From Betaproteobacteria bacterium (lineage in GTDB: Bacteria; Pseudomonadota; Gammaproteobacteria; Burkholderiales; JACQAP01), in assembly GCA_031362885.1 (NCBI GenBank), contig JANLTJ010000054.1, forward strand, positions 2,939-66,938: a stretch of DNA of 64,000 nucleotides, written 5' to 3'. The position numbers were made by a program, and so were the translations under genes. The notes beneath the pieces were generated by a model. That model saw only the letters and a program-made list of their open reading frames with translations, did no database searches and was not told where the DNA came from. Of the stretch, positions 1 to 9,666 are shown piece by piece. Each line of letters opens with the position of its first letter. Positions within the stretch are counted from its first letter, which is position 1.

Positions 1-1
1 G

Positions 2-76
2 CTCGTACATGGCGCAACGGTGGTGAGCAAGGACGAGAAGATTCGCGCGTACCGGCACGTGCGCTCGATTTGGTAG
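2..76 (+). CDS. 3' end of an upstream CDS cut by the window edge (product not identifiable)
   Basis: Open frame from the window edge (..LVHGATVVSKDEKIRAYRHVRSIW*) ending at TAG 74-76, 7 nt before the next gene. Co-directional with the polysaccharide cluster. Only 24 codons are visible. Confidence 0.3.
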   Translation, partial: LVHGATVVSKDEKIRAYRHVRSIW

Positions 77-83
77 CCGTATC

Positions 84-1997
84 GTGCTTGTTCCGAAACA
101 AATGAACTTCAATCCGCGATCCGCGCTGGCCTACCTGCACGATTTCGTCGCAGCCGGTCTGGCTTGGTTTGCAGCCTTCTCGCTGCGCTTCAATTTTGAG
201 ACGCCCCCTGAGTTCGGGGTGGTCATGTGGAAAACCGTTGCTGGCGTCATGATGCTGTACGCATTGGGTTTCTGGCTTTTTGGGCTGTACCGGGGGTTGT
301 GGCGCTACGCGAGCATCCACGACTTGCGCCTGATGGTGATCGCGATCGGCATCGGGGCGCTCGCTTTTCCGGCGCTGATGACGCTGATTCAGCCAGGCTT
401 TGTCGTACCGCGCTCTGTGTATGTACTGCATCCGATGTTGCTTCTGTTTTTCATGGGTGGGAGTCGCCTGCTGTATCGAGCTTGGAAAGAACGAAAGATC
501 GGGAAACTCGGCGCGCTTTACGGCAAACCGGTCGTAATTCTTGGAGCCGGTGCTGCCGCCGTTGCGCTGCTCAAGGATCTTGCCAGCAGTACCGAGTGGC
601 GTGTGATCGGGATGCTGGACGACGATGACACGACCCATCGCCGCCAGATCCTCGGCGCCACGGTATTCGGTCGAATTGCCCACTTGCCCACGATAGCGGC
701 GCGATTCGGTGTCGAGCACGCGATTATCGCCATGCCATCCGTGTCCCATGACGTGAGGCGACGGGTAGTGGGAATTTGCCAGGAGGCTGGCCTCAAAATA
801 CTTACCGTGCCGTCGTTCGAAGATTTGATGAGTGGAAAGGTAACGGTCTCGCAGATACGCAAGGTTGAACTCGACGATCTGCTGGGGCGGGATCCGGTCA
901 CGCTCGATGGTGCCGGATTGGCGGAGTTACTGGAAGGCAAGACCGTAATGGTGACGGGCGCCGGTGGTTCAATCGGGGCCGAGTTGTGCCGCCAGATCGT
1001 GCGCTACAAGCCTTCGCGGCTGCTGTTGTATGAAATGTCGGAATTTGCCTTGTATCAGATCGAGCAGGAGTTTAACGATGCGTTCCGGGGCGTTTCGATG
1101 ATTGGCATGATCGGCGATGCCAAGAATCCGCAACGCGTGGCACAGGCAATGGAAAAATACCGGCCACAGGTTGTTTTTCATGCAGCGGCTTACAAGCACG
1201 TGCCGCTGATGGAAGAGGAGAACGCATGGGAAGCAGTGCGCAACAACGTCTACGGCACTTATGTTGTTGCATCCGAGGCGATGCGCCATAACGTCGACAA
1301 GTTTGTCTTGATTTCCACCGACAAAGCGGTCAACCCAGCCAATGTCATGGGCGCGAGCAAGCGGTTGGCGGAAATGGTGTGCCAGTCGTTGCAGCGCCCG
1401 CAGGGCACGCGCTTTGTGATGGTGCGTTTTGGCAATGTTCTCGGCAGCGCCGGCAGCGTCATTCCAAAGTTCCGCGAACAAATCGCCACCGGCGGCCCGG
1501 TGACGGTGACCCATCCCGAGATCACCCGCTTTTTCATGTCCATTCCGGAAGCCGCGCAACTGGTTCTGCAGGCCGGCACCATGGGCCGTGGCGGTGAGAT
1601 TTTCGTGCTCGACATGGGCGAGCCGGTACGCATCGTCGATCTGGCGCGCGACATGATCCGGCTGTCGGGCCTGGCGGAGGATGAAATAAAAATCGTGTTT
1701 ACAGGGTTACGACCTGGCGAGAAACTTTTTGAAGAACTTCTCGCTGCCGGAGAACATACCTTGGCGACGCCGCATCCAAAACTGAGAATTGCAAGGGCAC
1801 GCAATGTGGAGTCTGCTTGGCTTGAAGACCTTCTGGCATGGCTGTCACAGCCGCCGTGCGATGATCGCCAGGTGCGCGCGGAATTGCGAAATTGGGTGCC
1901 GGATTACTTGATTTCCTTGTCGCAGGACGCACCATTCACGGAGTCGCGGGTCGGTCCTGCACGTGGCAGCGCAGCGCTGAATTCTGAGCTGTCGTGA
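84..1997 (+). CDS. Membrane-anchored nucleoside-diphosphate-sugar 4,6-dehydratase/epimerase, CapD/WbpM/PglF family
   Basis: 637 aa. N-terminal TM helices, then two Rossmann motifs (VVILGAGAAAV; VTGAGGSIGAELCRQI) and the CapD-type YKH..STDKAVNP..GASKR core. The GTG at 84 may be replaced by the ATG at 102. Confidence 0.9.
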   Translation: MLVPKQMNFNPRSALAYLHDFVAAGLAWFAAFSLRFNFETPPEFGVVMWKTVAGVMMLYALGFWLFGLYRGLWRYASIHDLRLMVIAIGIGALAFPALMTLIQPGFVVPRSVYVLHPMLLLFFMGGSRLLYRAWKERKIGKLGALYGKPVVILGAGAAAVALLKDLASSTEWRVIGMLDDDDTTHRRQILGATVFGRIAHLPTIAARFGVEHAIIAMPSVSHDVRRRVVGICQEAGLKILTVPSFEDLMSGKVTVSQIRKVELDDLLGRDPVTLDGAGLAELLEGKTVMVTGAGGSIGAELCRQIVRYKPSRLLLYEMSEFALYQIEQEFNDAFRGVSMIGMIGDAKNPQRVAQAMEKYRPQVVFHAAAYKHVPLMEEENAWEAVRNNVYGTYVVASEAMRHNVDKFVLISTDKAVNPANVMGASKRLAEMVCQSLQRPQGTRFVMVRFGNVLGSAGSVIPKFREQIATGGPVTVTHPEITRFFMSIPEAAQLVLQAGTMGRGGEIFVLDMGEPVRIVDLARDMIRLSGLAEDEIKIVFTGLRPGEKLFEELLAAGEHTLATPHPKLRIARARNVESAWLEDLLAWLSQPPCDDRQVRAELRNWVPDYLISLSQDAPFTESRVGPARGSAALNSELS

Positions 1998-2036
1998 GCA
2001 GGTTATTCTTTCCCCAATTCATGCAACAGTGCAAGC

Positions 2037-3419
2037 ATGCGCTGTGAACAGGATGCGATTGCCATGACTCAGGATTCTTTTCCCCGGGTTGGTCGGCCGC
2101 TTCTACTCGGGTTGACTGGCGGCCTGTTGTTTGTCTATTCATTGCCGCATGTCATCGCCCTGCGTTACCTGCTTTTGCTCGCTGCGTTTCTCATGTCGGC
2201 GAAGGCTTCGTGGGGGGTGTTGAGAAGCGGCAATCGTTATTGCGCGCTTACCATCGCCCTCGCGACACTTGCCGTCTTACAGCTATGGATGCTGGTTGTG
2301 GTGATCGGGTTTGCCGAGAACGCAGTCGCGTCAATCGGCGAGTGGAAAGGCCAATGGTTGACGGCGATGATGGCGCTATCGACGGGGATCGGAACTGCGG
2401 CGGTCATTTGTCGGATGCAAACGCTAAACGCTCGTTCGGTTTGTGCATTGACGATTGCGGTACCTGTGACCGCGCTAATAATTTTGCACGATGCCGTTGT
2501 TCTTGGAGACATGCTGAAGCAAGGATCACTGCTTACGCAACACGCGGGGATTACCGATCACAAGGCCAACATAAGCTTTGCTTTTGCGCTTCTTGAGCCA
2601 ATTCTGGTCGCTGATATGCTCAGCCGGCTGGTGCACCGGCGAGGATTGTTGCCGTTTCCCTCCTGGGTGGGGTTGCTGATTCTGGCGTTGTCAGTGTTTG
2701 CGTTGTTGACCGCAGGCGCTCGCAATGGACTGATCACGATCTTTTTTGCTTTCCTCTTGGGCGGGGCGGCAATGCTGCCGCAGCTAAAAGCTGTTTACTC
2801 GCGTCGGCGTCTCGTGGTGAGTTCCATTGCCGGGTTGACACTTATCATCACCTATGCCGTGGTGGCATTAAAAACTGACCCGCGCTGGCAGAATTTTTTG
2901 GAGACCTTGCCGATCGCGTGGGATATTGAAGGCGATACGCGCTGGTTGAACGGAGACGGATCGGATTTGCCGATCGCCCCGAGCGGTAAGCCGGTGGAGG
3001 CCTCGGCCTATTACCGTATCGCGTGGGCACATGAAGGCGCGCGCATGCTGATCGAGCATCCCTTGGGAACCGAGATCAATCGCGGTACGTTCAACCGCCT
3101 GCTGCTTGAAAAATATGGCCATACTGGCGCATCGCATACCCATAACGGCTGGCTCGACATGGGCCTCAACGTCGGATTTCCCGGGCTGATACTCTGGGCC
3201 GGGTTTCTCCTGCTGCTCGCACGCATGGGCTGGCGCATGCACCGGGAGCACGCTGACCCCTTGGGCTTTGCGCTATTTCTCCTGGTCGCGACGTTTGCCT
3301 TCCGCGCATTACTTGACACAACCTTTCGGGAGCACCCTCTGGCCCAGTTCATGCTGGTGGCTGGTCTGCTGGCCGGAACCTTGACCAAGATACAAAGAAG
3401 CGAAAGCGTAAGAGCATGA
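2037..3419 (+). CDS. O-antigen ligase family (Wzy_C domain) polytopic membrane protein
   Basis: 460 aa with many TM segments. The periplasmic loop carries the ligase-type motif HTHNGWLDMGLNVGFPGL. The start could instead be the ATG at 2064. Confidence 0.8.
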   Translation: MRCEQDAIAMTQDSFPRVGRPLLLGLTGGLLFVYSLPHVIALRYLLLLAAFLMSAKASWGVLRSGNRYCALTIALATLAVLQLWMLVVVIGFAENAVASIGEWKGQWLTAMMALSTGIGTAAVICRMQTLNARSVCALTIAVPVTALIILHDAVVLGDMLKQGSLLTQHAGITDHKANISFAFALLEPILVADMLSRLVHRRGLLPFPSWVGLLILALSVFALLTAGARNGLITIFFAFLLGGAAMLPQLKAVYSRRRLVVSSIAGLTLIITYAVVALKTDPRWQNFLETLPIAWDIEGDTRWLNGDGSDLPIAPSGKPVEASAYYRIAWAHEGARMLIEHPLGTEINRGTFNRLLLEKYGHTGASHTHNGWLDMGLNVGFPGLILWAGFLLLLARMGWRMHREHADPLGFALFLLVATFAFRALLDTTFREHPLAQFMLVAGLLAGTLTKIQRSESVRA

Positions 3420-4726
3420 AGGATGATTGGCTGATACTTGCGCACGGTTTTAACATGGACGGCCGTGCGGCGAGTCAGACGATTACCGACAAGATTCCGC
3501 ATCTACGCTCACGAGGTATCACGCCGATTGTCCTGAGTGCCGTTACCGGAAGGCGCGATGAGGTCGTAGAGCACCACCAGTTGCTTCCGGTATCGCCTGC
3601 TGGCCTGCGCTTTGATTTGCGTTACATTCTGCGGCGGCATCTCACCAGCAAGCTCGCGTACAAACTGGCCGTGGGACTGATGACCTTGCTGATGCTGCCC
3701 TTCTACGTGCTCGAAAAGCTTTTCATTCGCCTGGAGCCGCAGTGGTCGTGGTTTATCACCGCCTATTTCTTCGGCGCGCGCATTATCCGCAAACGCCAGC
3801 CCGAAGTGATCTATTCCACTGGCGGCGCCAACTCCGCGCACCTGGCGGGCTATCTGCTTGCCAAGCGCTTCTCGCTGCCCTGGGTGGCGGAAATTCACGA
3901 CCCGATGATTTATGAGAACTGGGAGCGCCGACGCATGGCATACCGGTTTGCGGCCTGGCTCGAAGGCAAAATCTGCCAACGCGCGGACGTCGCCATCTGG
4001 TTTGTCGAACCCGCGCTCGAGCGGGCGCGCAAGCGCCATCCTGTTCTGGGCAATCGCGGCAAGGTGATGATCCCGGGGGCGGATCAGCCGGCCTTTGGAA
4101 AGATTTCCTACCAGCGTGGGGCCGAACTGGTGATCGGGCATTTCGGATCCCTTTCCGTCACGCGCAATCTGGCAACCTTCATGCAGGGTCTCACTGCACT
4201 GCTCCAGAAGCGGCCGGATTTGAGCAGAGTTTTGCGGCTGGAGATGTACGGCAGCGGGCTTGACGGCGTGTCCGAGCGCGCCATCGACAGCTTTGCATAC
4301 CCGCAAGTCGTGCGCCGATTCGGGCGACTCGAACGCGATCCGCTCACCGGCGATAGCGGCCGCGACCGCGTGCTCAAGCGGATGCAGACGGTCGATGCGT
4401 TGCTGCTGCTGCACGGTATGGAAAATTTCTGTGAGGAGTACATCCCTTCGAAGCTCTACGAGTATCTGTGGACGCAGCGCCCGATCATTGGATTGACTTG
4501 GCGCAATGCGCATCTCGACCGGATCTTGAAAGAGAGTGGGCACTGGGCGGTGCAGGCAAACGACCTGCCGGGAATCGCGGCGGTGATCGAGGATCTGGTG
4601 GCGCGCTGGGAAAGTGGCCGACTGGGGGACTCCGGCAAGCCTTCCGTGTATACCTCGGCCGCTGCGGTGGACCAGCTTTGCGCCTGGGCGCAGGAGGCGG
4701 TAGATGCTCGCACCACGAAGAGGTGA
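3416..4726 (+). CDS. Glycosyltransferase (GT-B / GT4-like)
   Basis: 436 aa. The start overlaps the previous stop (ATGA). GT-B-like signatures are STGGANSAHLAGYLLAKRFSLPWVAEIHDP and the C-terminal EEYIPSKLYEYL (E-x7-E-like). Family assignment is from motif recall only. Confidence 0.65.
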   Translation: MKDDWLILAHGFNMDGRAASQTITDKIPHLRSRGITPIVLSAVTGRRDEVVEHHQLLPVSPAGLRFDLRYILRRHLTSKLAYKLAVGLMTLLMLPFYVLEKLFIRLEPQWSWFITAYFFGARIIRKRQPEVIYSTGGANSAHLAGYLLAKRFSLPWVAEIHDPMIYENWERRRMAYRFAAWLEGKICQRADVAIWFVEPALERARKRHPVLGNRGKVMIPGADQPAFGKISYQRGAELVIGHFGSLSVTRNLATFMQGLTALLQKRPDLSRVLRLEMYGSGLDGVSERAIDSFAYPQVVRRFGRLERDPLTGDSGRDRVLKRMQTVDALLLLHGMENFCEEYIPSKLYEYLWTQRPIIGLTWRNAHLDRILKESGHWAVQANDLPGIAAVIEDLVARWESGRLGDSGKPSVYTSAAAVDQLCAWAQEAVDARTTKR

Positions 4727-4729
4727 ACG

Positions 4730-5494
4730 TTGAGTTTTCCAGTCGTTGTAAAAACGAAATATGCTTTTCACGCGCTGCTTTGGTTGTTGGAACCGGAGGT
4801 CGTGCTTGATGTTGGCAGCATGGATGGCTCTGATTCCAGGCGATTCCGAAAGCTAGTACCGCGAGCCGACATTGTCGCGTTCGAGGGCAATCCCTACAAC
4901 TATCGCGCGATGCTTGAAGACCCGGAAATCGGACGCGAGCGAATCAAGGTTGTGCATAGTCTGGTTTCGGACATCGAGGGCGTGCGCAGCTTCTTCGTGC
5001 AACGGCCAGTGGCGGGCGCGGGGCATTACAATCGCGGCACCAGTTCGCTTACCCGGCGCGAGGAAGAAGGATTGACCACCGAAGAAGTCCATCTCAATGC
5101 CGTGCGCATCGATTCCTTTCTGGTGCGAGACTATCCCAGGGCCTCGAGCGTGGCACTTTGGGTTGACGTGGAGGGACATGCCTTTTCAGTGCTCGAAGGC
5201 ATGAGTGGCGCCAGGGATCGGGTGAAGCTGATGCATGTCGAAGTCGAAACCGTGGAAGTCTGGCCAGGACAGAAAGTCGAGGCCGACACCCTGCGCCTGG
5301 CCGCGGGTATGGACTTCATTGCCGTGGCCTGCGGCGCGAACGCACTGCAGCGTGACGTGATCTTAGCCAATCGCGTCTGGTACACGGCAAATCGGGGCCG
5401 GATTGACACTTTGCTTCGGCTTTCGACTTTGTCCGGACCGGCGCTTTCCCGGATTCTCGAGTGGTCGAATTTCGGCCGTGCGAGACCTGAATGA
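4730..5494 (+). CDS. FkbM-family SAM-dependent methyltransferase
   Basis: 254 aa with a TTG start. It has LDVGSMDGSDSRRF..FEGNPYNY and the VDVEGHAFSVLEG motif typical of FkbM-type methyltransferases. Confidence 0.8.
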   Translation: MSFPVVVKTKYAFHALLWLLEPEVVLDVGSMDGSDSRRFRKLVPRADIVAFEGNPYNYRAMLEDPEIGRERIKVVHSLVSDIEGVRSFFVQRPVAGAGHYNRGTSSLTRREEEGLTTEEVHLNAVRIDSFLVRDYPRASSVALWVDVEGHAFSVLEGMSGARDRVKLMHVEVETVEVWPGQKVEADTLRLAAGMDFIAVACGANALQRDVILANRVWYTANRGRIDTLLRLSTLSGPALSRILEWSNFGRARPE

Positions 5495-7542
5495 TGCAAG
5501 ACAAAACACCGCCGTTACGCGCCAGCGCGATTACGCATGGAGCGACTTCGCCGGCCGCCCTTACCACCATCATTGTTCTTAGCTACAACAAGTTTTCGGA
5601 AACAACCGGGCCGTGCATACGTAGTCTGGCTGACGATCCTGACTTCACTCGATGGGAGGTAGTCGTAGTCGATAATGCCTCGGACCCGGCAACGCGCTCA
5701 TCGCTGACGGATTTAGCCAGAATTTATCCGCGTCTGCGACTCATCCTCAATGATGCCAATCTGGGTTTTGCCGGCGGCATGAATCTCGGGATGCGGCAGG
5801 CGCGCGGCGACGTTTTTATTCTGCTCAATAGCGATACCATCGTGCCGCCAGGTATGGTCGGTCGCATTGCCAGTGCAGTTCGCCGCAATGCGCAAGTCGG
5901 TCTCCTGGGCCCCGTCACGAACGCGGCCGGAAACGAGCAAGGTATCTTCACCAGCGCAATGGACTACCAGGTCAAAATATCGGAGGGCTTAAAGTTTTCA
6001 AATGCGGGAAGTGACTCTTCGCCTATCCGCGCGTATCGCCTGGACTTTTGTTGTGTTGCTCTGCGCAGAGATGTCTACCAGGAAGTCGGGGATCTCGACG
6101 AAGATTTCGGCCGCGGATATTACGAAGACTTCGACTATTCTCTTCGGGTCGCAAACGCGGGCTTTGATCTCGCTATACTCGAAGATGCCTTCATCTATCA
6201 CCAGGGAAGCGCAAGTTTCAATGATCTCGGCGAGAAAACCAGAAATCTTATCGCGCGCAACAAGGCCATATTGATGGCCAAGCACGGCACAGATATCTGT
6301 TTTCCGCACAGCCGGGACGCCAATCTATCGGTTCTCGATTCGTACTTGCGCATGGCGCAAGCCGGTCAGCCGCCGCCACCATACCGGTTGTCGAACCGCT
6401 TGGCTCTGGCGAAAAGCAACCGACCGAGGAGTTTGTGGAAACGCTGGCGATACGACAAACGGGTGACGCAAGTCGAGCGCTCTCTGCTGGAACTCCATCC
6501 TGGTTCTGCCGCGCTGGCGATGGTTGTGAGTCAGGCGCAATGCATCGATGGTCAAGGTTCAAAAAATCATCACGGGCCTGCGGGCGTTTGCAGAATTTGC
6601 GGCGGTGCGCTCAAGCGTGGTCTGCGCGTGCGGGAGATGATGTTCGGAACCCGCGAAGAATTTTCCTACCACCAATGCGCGAACTGCGCCTGTTTGCAGA
6701 TCGACGTTTTTCCGGAAGATATCGCACGTTACTACCCCGCCGATTACTACAGCTACGATCTGACGCAACACAATGCGATAAAGAGGCTTCGCCGTGGGAG
6801 CAGGCGCAGGCTGATACTGACGGCGCCTGCATTTGTCAGCAGGTCAATGCACCTGTTCTCCGGCTCCGACGACTTGTTTCACCTTTACCGCAACAGGTTG
6901 GGAGTTGGTCCGGCGTCGCGCCTGCTCGATGTCGGGTCGGGTTCCGGCGCGCATGTTTTTGAACTGCGGGAGGCAGGTGTAACAAGGGCATTTGGCGTAG
7001 ATCCCTACGTGCCTCGCACCGTCGAGGCAGATGGGATGCCGGTCGTTTACAAGGCGCGCCTGGACGATCTGACTGGCAGCTATGACTTTATCACCTTCCA
7101 CCATTCACTGGAACATATGCCCGACCAGAAATCGGCACTGAGGGCGGCGGCCCGCCTTCTTGCCCCTGGCGGCAAAATTTTGATACGCGTACCCACGGTC
7201 TCCTCGGAGGCGTATGCCAGATACGGTGCGGACTGGGTTAGTCTTGATGCCCCGCGACACTTTTTCCTGCATTCACATCGCAGCCTCAGGCTCCTGGCGA
7301 GCTCAGCGAATCTGGTCGTCAACGAGTTATGGTGTGATTCGGACGCGATGCAGTTTATGGCGAGTGAACAGTACCGGGAAAATATTCCATTGCTCGACCC
7401 GCAAAGTGCGGCACGGGACGGGGGGAAGCGACTGTTTTCTTTGACGGAAAGAACTTCATTCAAGCTGCGCGCGGTACGGCTGAATCGCCAATTGCGAGGC
7501 GATTCAATCTGCGCAGTTCTTTGCGCGATCCAAGCGCCGTGA
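5491..7542 (+). CDS. Fusion protein: GT2 glycosyltransferase + Cys4 zinc-ribbon + class I SAM methyltransferase
   Basis: 683 aa with an ATGA overlap to the previous gene. The N-terminus is GT-A (IIVLSYNK..VVVDNASDP..LNSD). The middle has CRICGG..x..CANCACLQ. The C-terminus has LLDVGSGSGAHVFEL..FHHSLEHMPD. Confidence 0.8.
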   Translation: MMQDKTPPLRASAITHGATSPAALTTIIVLSYNKFSETTGPCIRSLADDPDFTRWEVVVVDNASDPATRSSLTDLARIYPRLRLILNDANLGFAGGMNLGMRQARGDVFILLNSDTIVPPGMVGRIASAVRRNAQVGLLGPVTNAAGNEQGIFTSAMDYQVKISEGLKFSNAGSDSSPIRAYRLDFCCVALRRDVYQEVGDLDEDFGRGYYEDFDYSLRVANAGFDLAILEDAFIYHQGSASFNDLGEKTRNLIARNKAILMAKHGTDICFPHSRDANLSVLDSYLRMAQAGQPPPPYRLSNRLALAKSNRPRSLWKRWRYDKRVTQVERSLLELHPGSAALAMVVSQAQCIDGQGSKNHHGPAGVCRICGGALKRGLRVREMMFGTREEFSYHQCANCACLQIDVFPEDIARYYPADYYSYDLTQHNAIKRLRRGSRRRLILTAPAFVSRSMHLFSGSDDLFHLYRNRLGVGPASRLLDVGSGSGAHVFELREAGVTRAFGVDPYVPRTVEADGMPVVYKARLDDLTGSYDFITFHHSLEHMPDQKSALRAAARLLAPGGKILIRVPTVSSEAYARYGADWVSLDAPRHFFLHSHRSLRLLASSANLVVNELWCDSDAMQFMASEQYRENIPLLDPQSAARDGGKRLFSLTERTSFKLRAVRLNRQLRGDSICAVLCAIQAP

Positions 7543-7602
7543 TCCAGGCGCCATGCTGCTGATTAATTTTAACGAAGATCTCGAACGACGTATCTGGACC
7601 GC

Positions 7603-8022
7603 ATGACGCCTATCGTCCTTTTCTGCAAGTCTTACCGCGAGGATATTCTGCGCTTGCGGCGCTTGATCCGGATTTTTGAAGATGCATACGTTTTCCATCA
7701 AAGTAGCGGCAGCTTCAAGGCACTGGAGAAAGAAGCCAAGCAACTTATTGTGCGCAACAATCTGCTGCTATTGGAAAGGCCTGGCGATGGCGTCCGGTTT
7801 CCTCATGGCCGGGACGCCAAGCTCGCCGTTATAAACCAGTCCGCCGAGATTTCAGGTGCCGATCCTCGTCCGCCGATTTGCCGGATAAGGAATCGCCTGA
7901 CGCTGGCAAAAATTAATCGCCCCAGGAGTTGGTGGAAGCGCTGGCGATACCTGAGGAGAGTCGCGGCGATCCAGAAACAACTGGCTCCTTGCCACTTGAG
8001 TTCGGCAGGAGCCATCGAGTAA
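7603..8022 (+). pseudogene. Chimeric gene remnant: 5' end like the 8030 gene fused to a copy of the GT2 tail segment
   Basis: 139-aa ORF. Residues 1-25 match the N-terminus of the 8030-8923 product (11/25 identical, core CKSYRxDxLRxRxL). Residues 26-127 align gap-free with residues 231-332 of the 5491-7542 product (47/102 identical by hand count). It has no catalytic GT-A core. Confidence 0.55.
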
Positions 8023-8029
8023 TTCAGCG

Positions 8030-8923
8030 ATGCAGAAACTCGCGATCTATTGCAAGTCGTACCGAAGTGACGTGCTTCGCGCGCGAAAACTCGCGGAGAG
8101 CATTCAGGCGTTTAACCTGGAGCAACTGCCCTTCTATGTATCGGTCCCGTCCGCAGATCTGCAACTCTTCCGAGAGCAGCTTGCTGGATGTCCTGTCGAA
8201 TTTGTAGCTGACGAAGAGATCATTCGCACCAACCCCCGACTCGACTTGAACAAAATTCTCGGACTGCCGGGTGGCATTTCGCAGCAGATCGTCAAGTCAG
8301 AATTCTGGAGACTGGGACTGTTTGAGGCGTACTTGTGCGTTGATTCCGACTGCCAGTTTATCCGCCCTTTTGGTCTGTCCGATTTTTTTGCACCAGAAGG
8401 TTATCCGTATACGGTAATGCACGAGGCGAAGGAGTTGCTCCAATTCGCCGTGAACAATAATTTGGCCAAGATCCACGAGCTTTACCATGCAGAGCACTTG
8501 CGGCTGATGGAAATCTTTGGCCGCAGTGGGCGGCCGTTTGATTTTGGTCCGCCTCCGATGATCTGGAGTTCCCATGTCTGGGGTATGCTCGATGAGCATT
8601 TTCTGCAACCCCGGGGTATGAGTTTTTGTGATGCTATTCTGATGTTCCCGGCCGAGATTCAGTGGTATGGCGAAGCAATGCTCAAGTTCCGGCCGTTTCC
8701 ACTAATGCCCGTGGAACCGCTGTTCAAGTTCTATCATTACGAACACCAATATATCCTTGGTCGGCGGGGCGGAGATTCAATCGAGACACTGAAAAAGAAT
8801 TTCCTCGGTGTTTGCTACCAGTCCAACTGGAATAAGGAAGTCGATTTCTCCGCAACATCCAGGTCGTTGCCGTCGCGAATTTGGCGAACCATTCGCCGAA
8901 CAGCCCTGGGCAGACGCACCTAA
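8030..8923 (+). CDS. Conserved hypothetical protein of the polysaccharide cluster (possible transferase-like protein)
   Basis: 297 aa with no TM segments and no motif I recognise with certainty. It is embedded in the operon and its stop overlaps the next start (TAATG). It looks AT-richer than its neighbours. Confidence 0.5.
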   Translation: MQKLAIYCKSYRSDVLRARKLAESIQAFNLEQLPFYVSVPSADLQLFREQLAGCPVEFVADEEIIRTNPRLDLNKILGLPGGISQQIVKSEFWRLGLFEAYLCVDSDCQFIRPFGLSDFFAPEGYPYTVMHEAKELLQFAVNNNLAKIHELYHAEHLRLMEIFGRSGRPFDFGPPPMIWSSHVWGMLDEHFLQPRGMSFCDAILMFPAEIQWYGEAMLKFRPFPLMPVEPLFKFYHYEHQYILGRRGGDSIETLKKNFLGVCYQSNWNKEVDFSATSRSLPSRIWRTIRRTALGRRT

Positions 8924-9666
8924 TGACTCTTTCTGTTGTCATCATCACCAAAAACGAATCAGCCGCCATCGAGCGCTGTCTGGACTCCGTGAAATGGGCG
9001 GATGAGCTCATCGTGCTGGACTCCGGCAGCACGGACGATACGGTCAGCATTTGCCGCCGGTTTACCCGGCACGTCGTTCAAACCGACTGGCCCGGCTTTG
9101 GCCCGCAGAAGAATCGCGCGCTGGATTACGCTACCGGCGACTGGGTGCTGTCGCTCGACGCGGACGAATGGGTGACGCCGGAGCTGCGTGATGAAATTCT
9201 GAATACCATTTCACGACCAAATGAAATCACAGCATTTCGCATCCCCCGTCTGTCGAGTTTCAGCGGCCGTTTCATGCGTCATTCCGGTTGGTGGCCGGAT
9301 TACGTTGTCCGTCTGTTCCGGCGCGGCACCGCGCGCTTCAGCGACGACGTGGTGCATGAACACGTGATCGCCGATGGCAAGACCGGAACTTTGCAAAATC
9401 CGATCATGCATGAGACGTTTGTCGATCTCGAAGAGCTGCTGTCGAAAATGAACAGTTATTCTTCCCTTGCGGCGCAGGACATGCATCGTGGCGGCAGAAA
9501 GGTCAGCCTCATTGGCGCCGTATTGAGGGGAGGGTGGGCATTCATTCGCACTTATTTTTTCCGTGGTGGATTTCTCGACGGCCGCGAGGGATTCATGCTG
9601 GCAGTGGCCACGGCAGAAGGAACCTATTATCGGTACGCGAAACTGATGTTGCTGGACAGGCAGTGA
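8923..9666 (+). CDS. GT2 glycosyltransferase (LPS core type, WaaE/KdtX-like)
   Basis: MTLSVVIITKNESAAIERCLDSVKWADELIVLDSGSTDDT..SLDADE. I chose the ATG at 8923 (TAATG coupling) over the TTG at 8881 in the ORF track. Confidence 0.85.
   Translation: MTLSVVIITKNESAAIERCLDSVKWADELIVLDSGSTDDTVSICRRFTRHVVQTDWPGFGPQKNRALDYATGDWVLSLDADEWVTPELRDEILNTISRPNEITAFRIPRLSSFSGRFMRHSGWWPDYVVRLFRRGTARFSDDVVHEHVIADGKTGTLQNPIMHETFVDLEELLSKMNSYSSLAAQDMHRGGRKVSLIGAVLRGGWAFIRTYFFRGGFLDGREGFMLAVATAEGTYYRYAKLMLLDRQ

Noticed and set aside
3509-4771. 420-aa minus-strand ORF opposite the glycosyltransferase at 3416-4726
   Set aside because: It is an antisense shadow ORF with a low-complexity, Arg-rich translation. The plus-strand gene fits the co-directional coupled operon.
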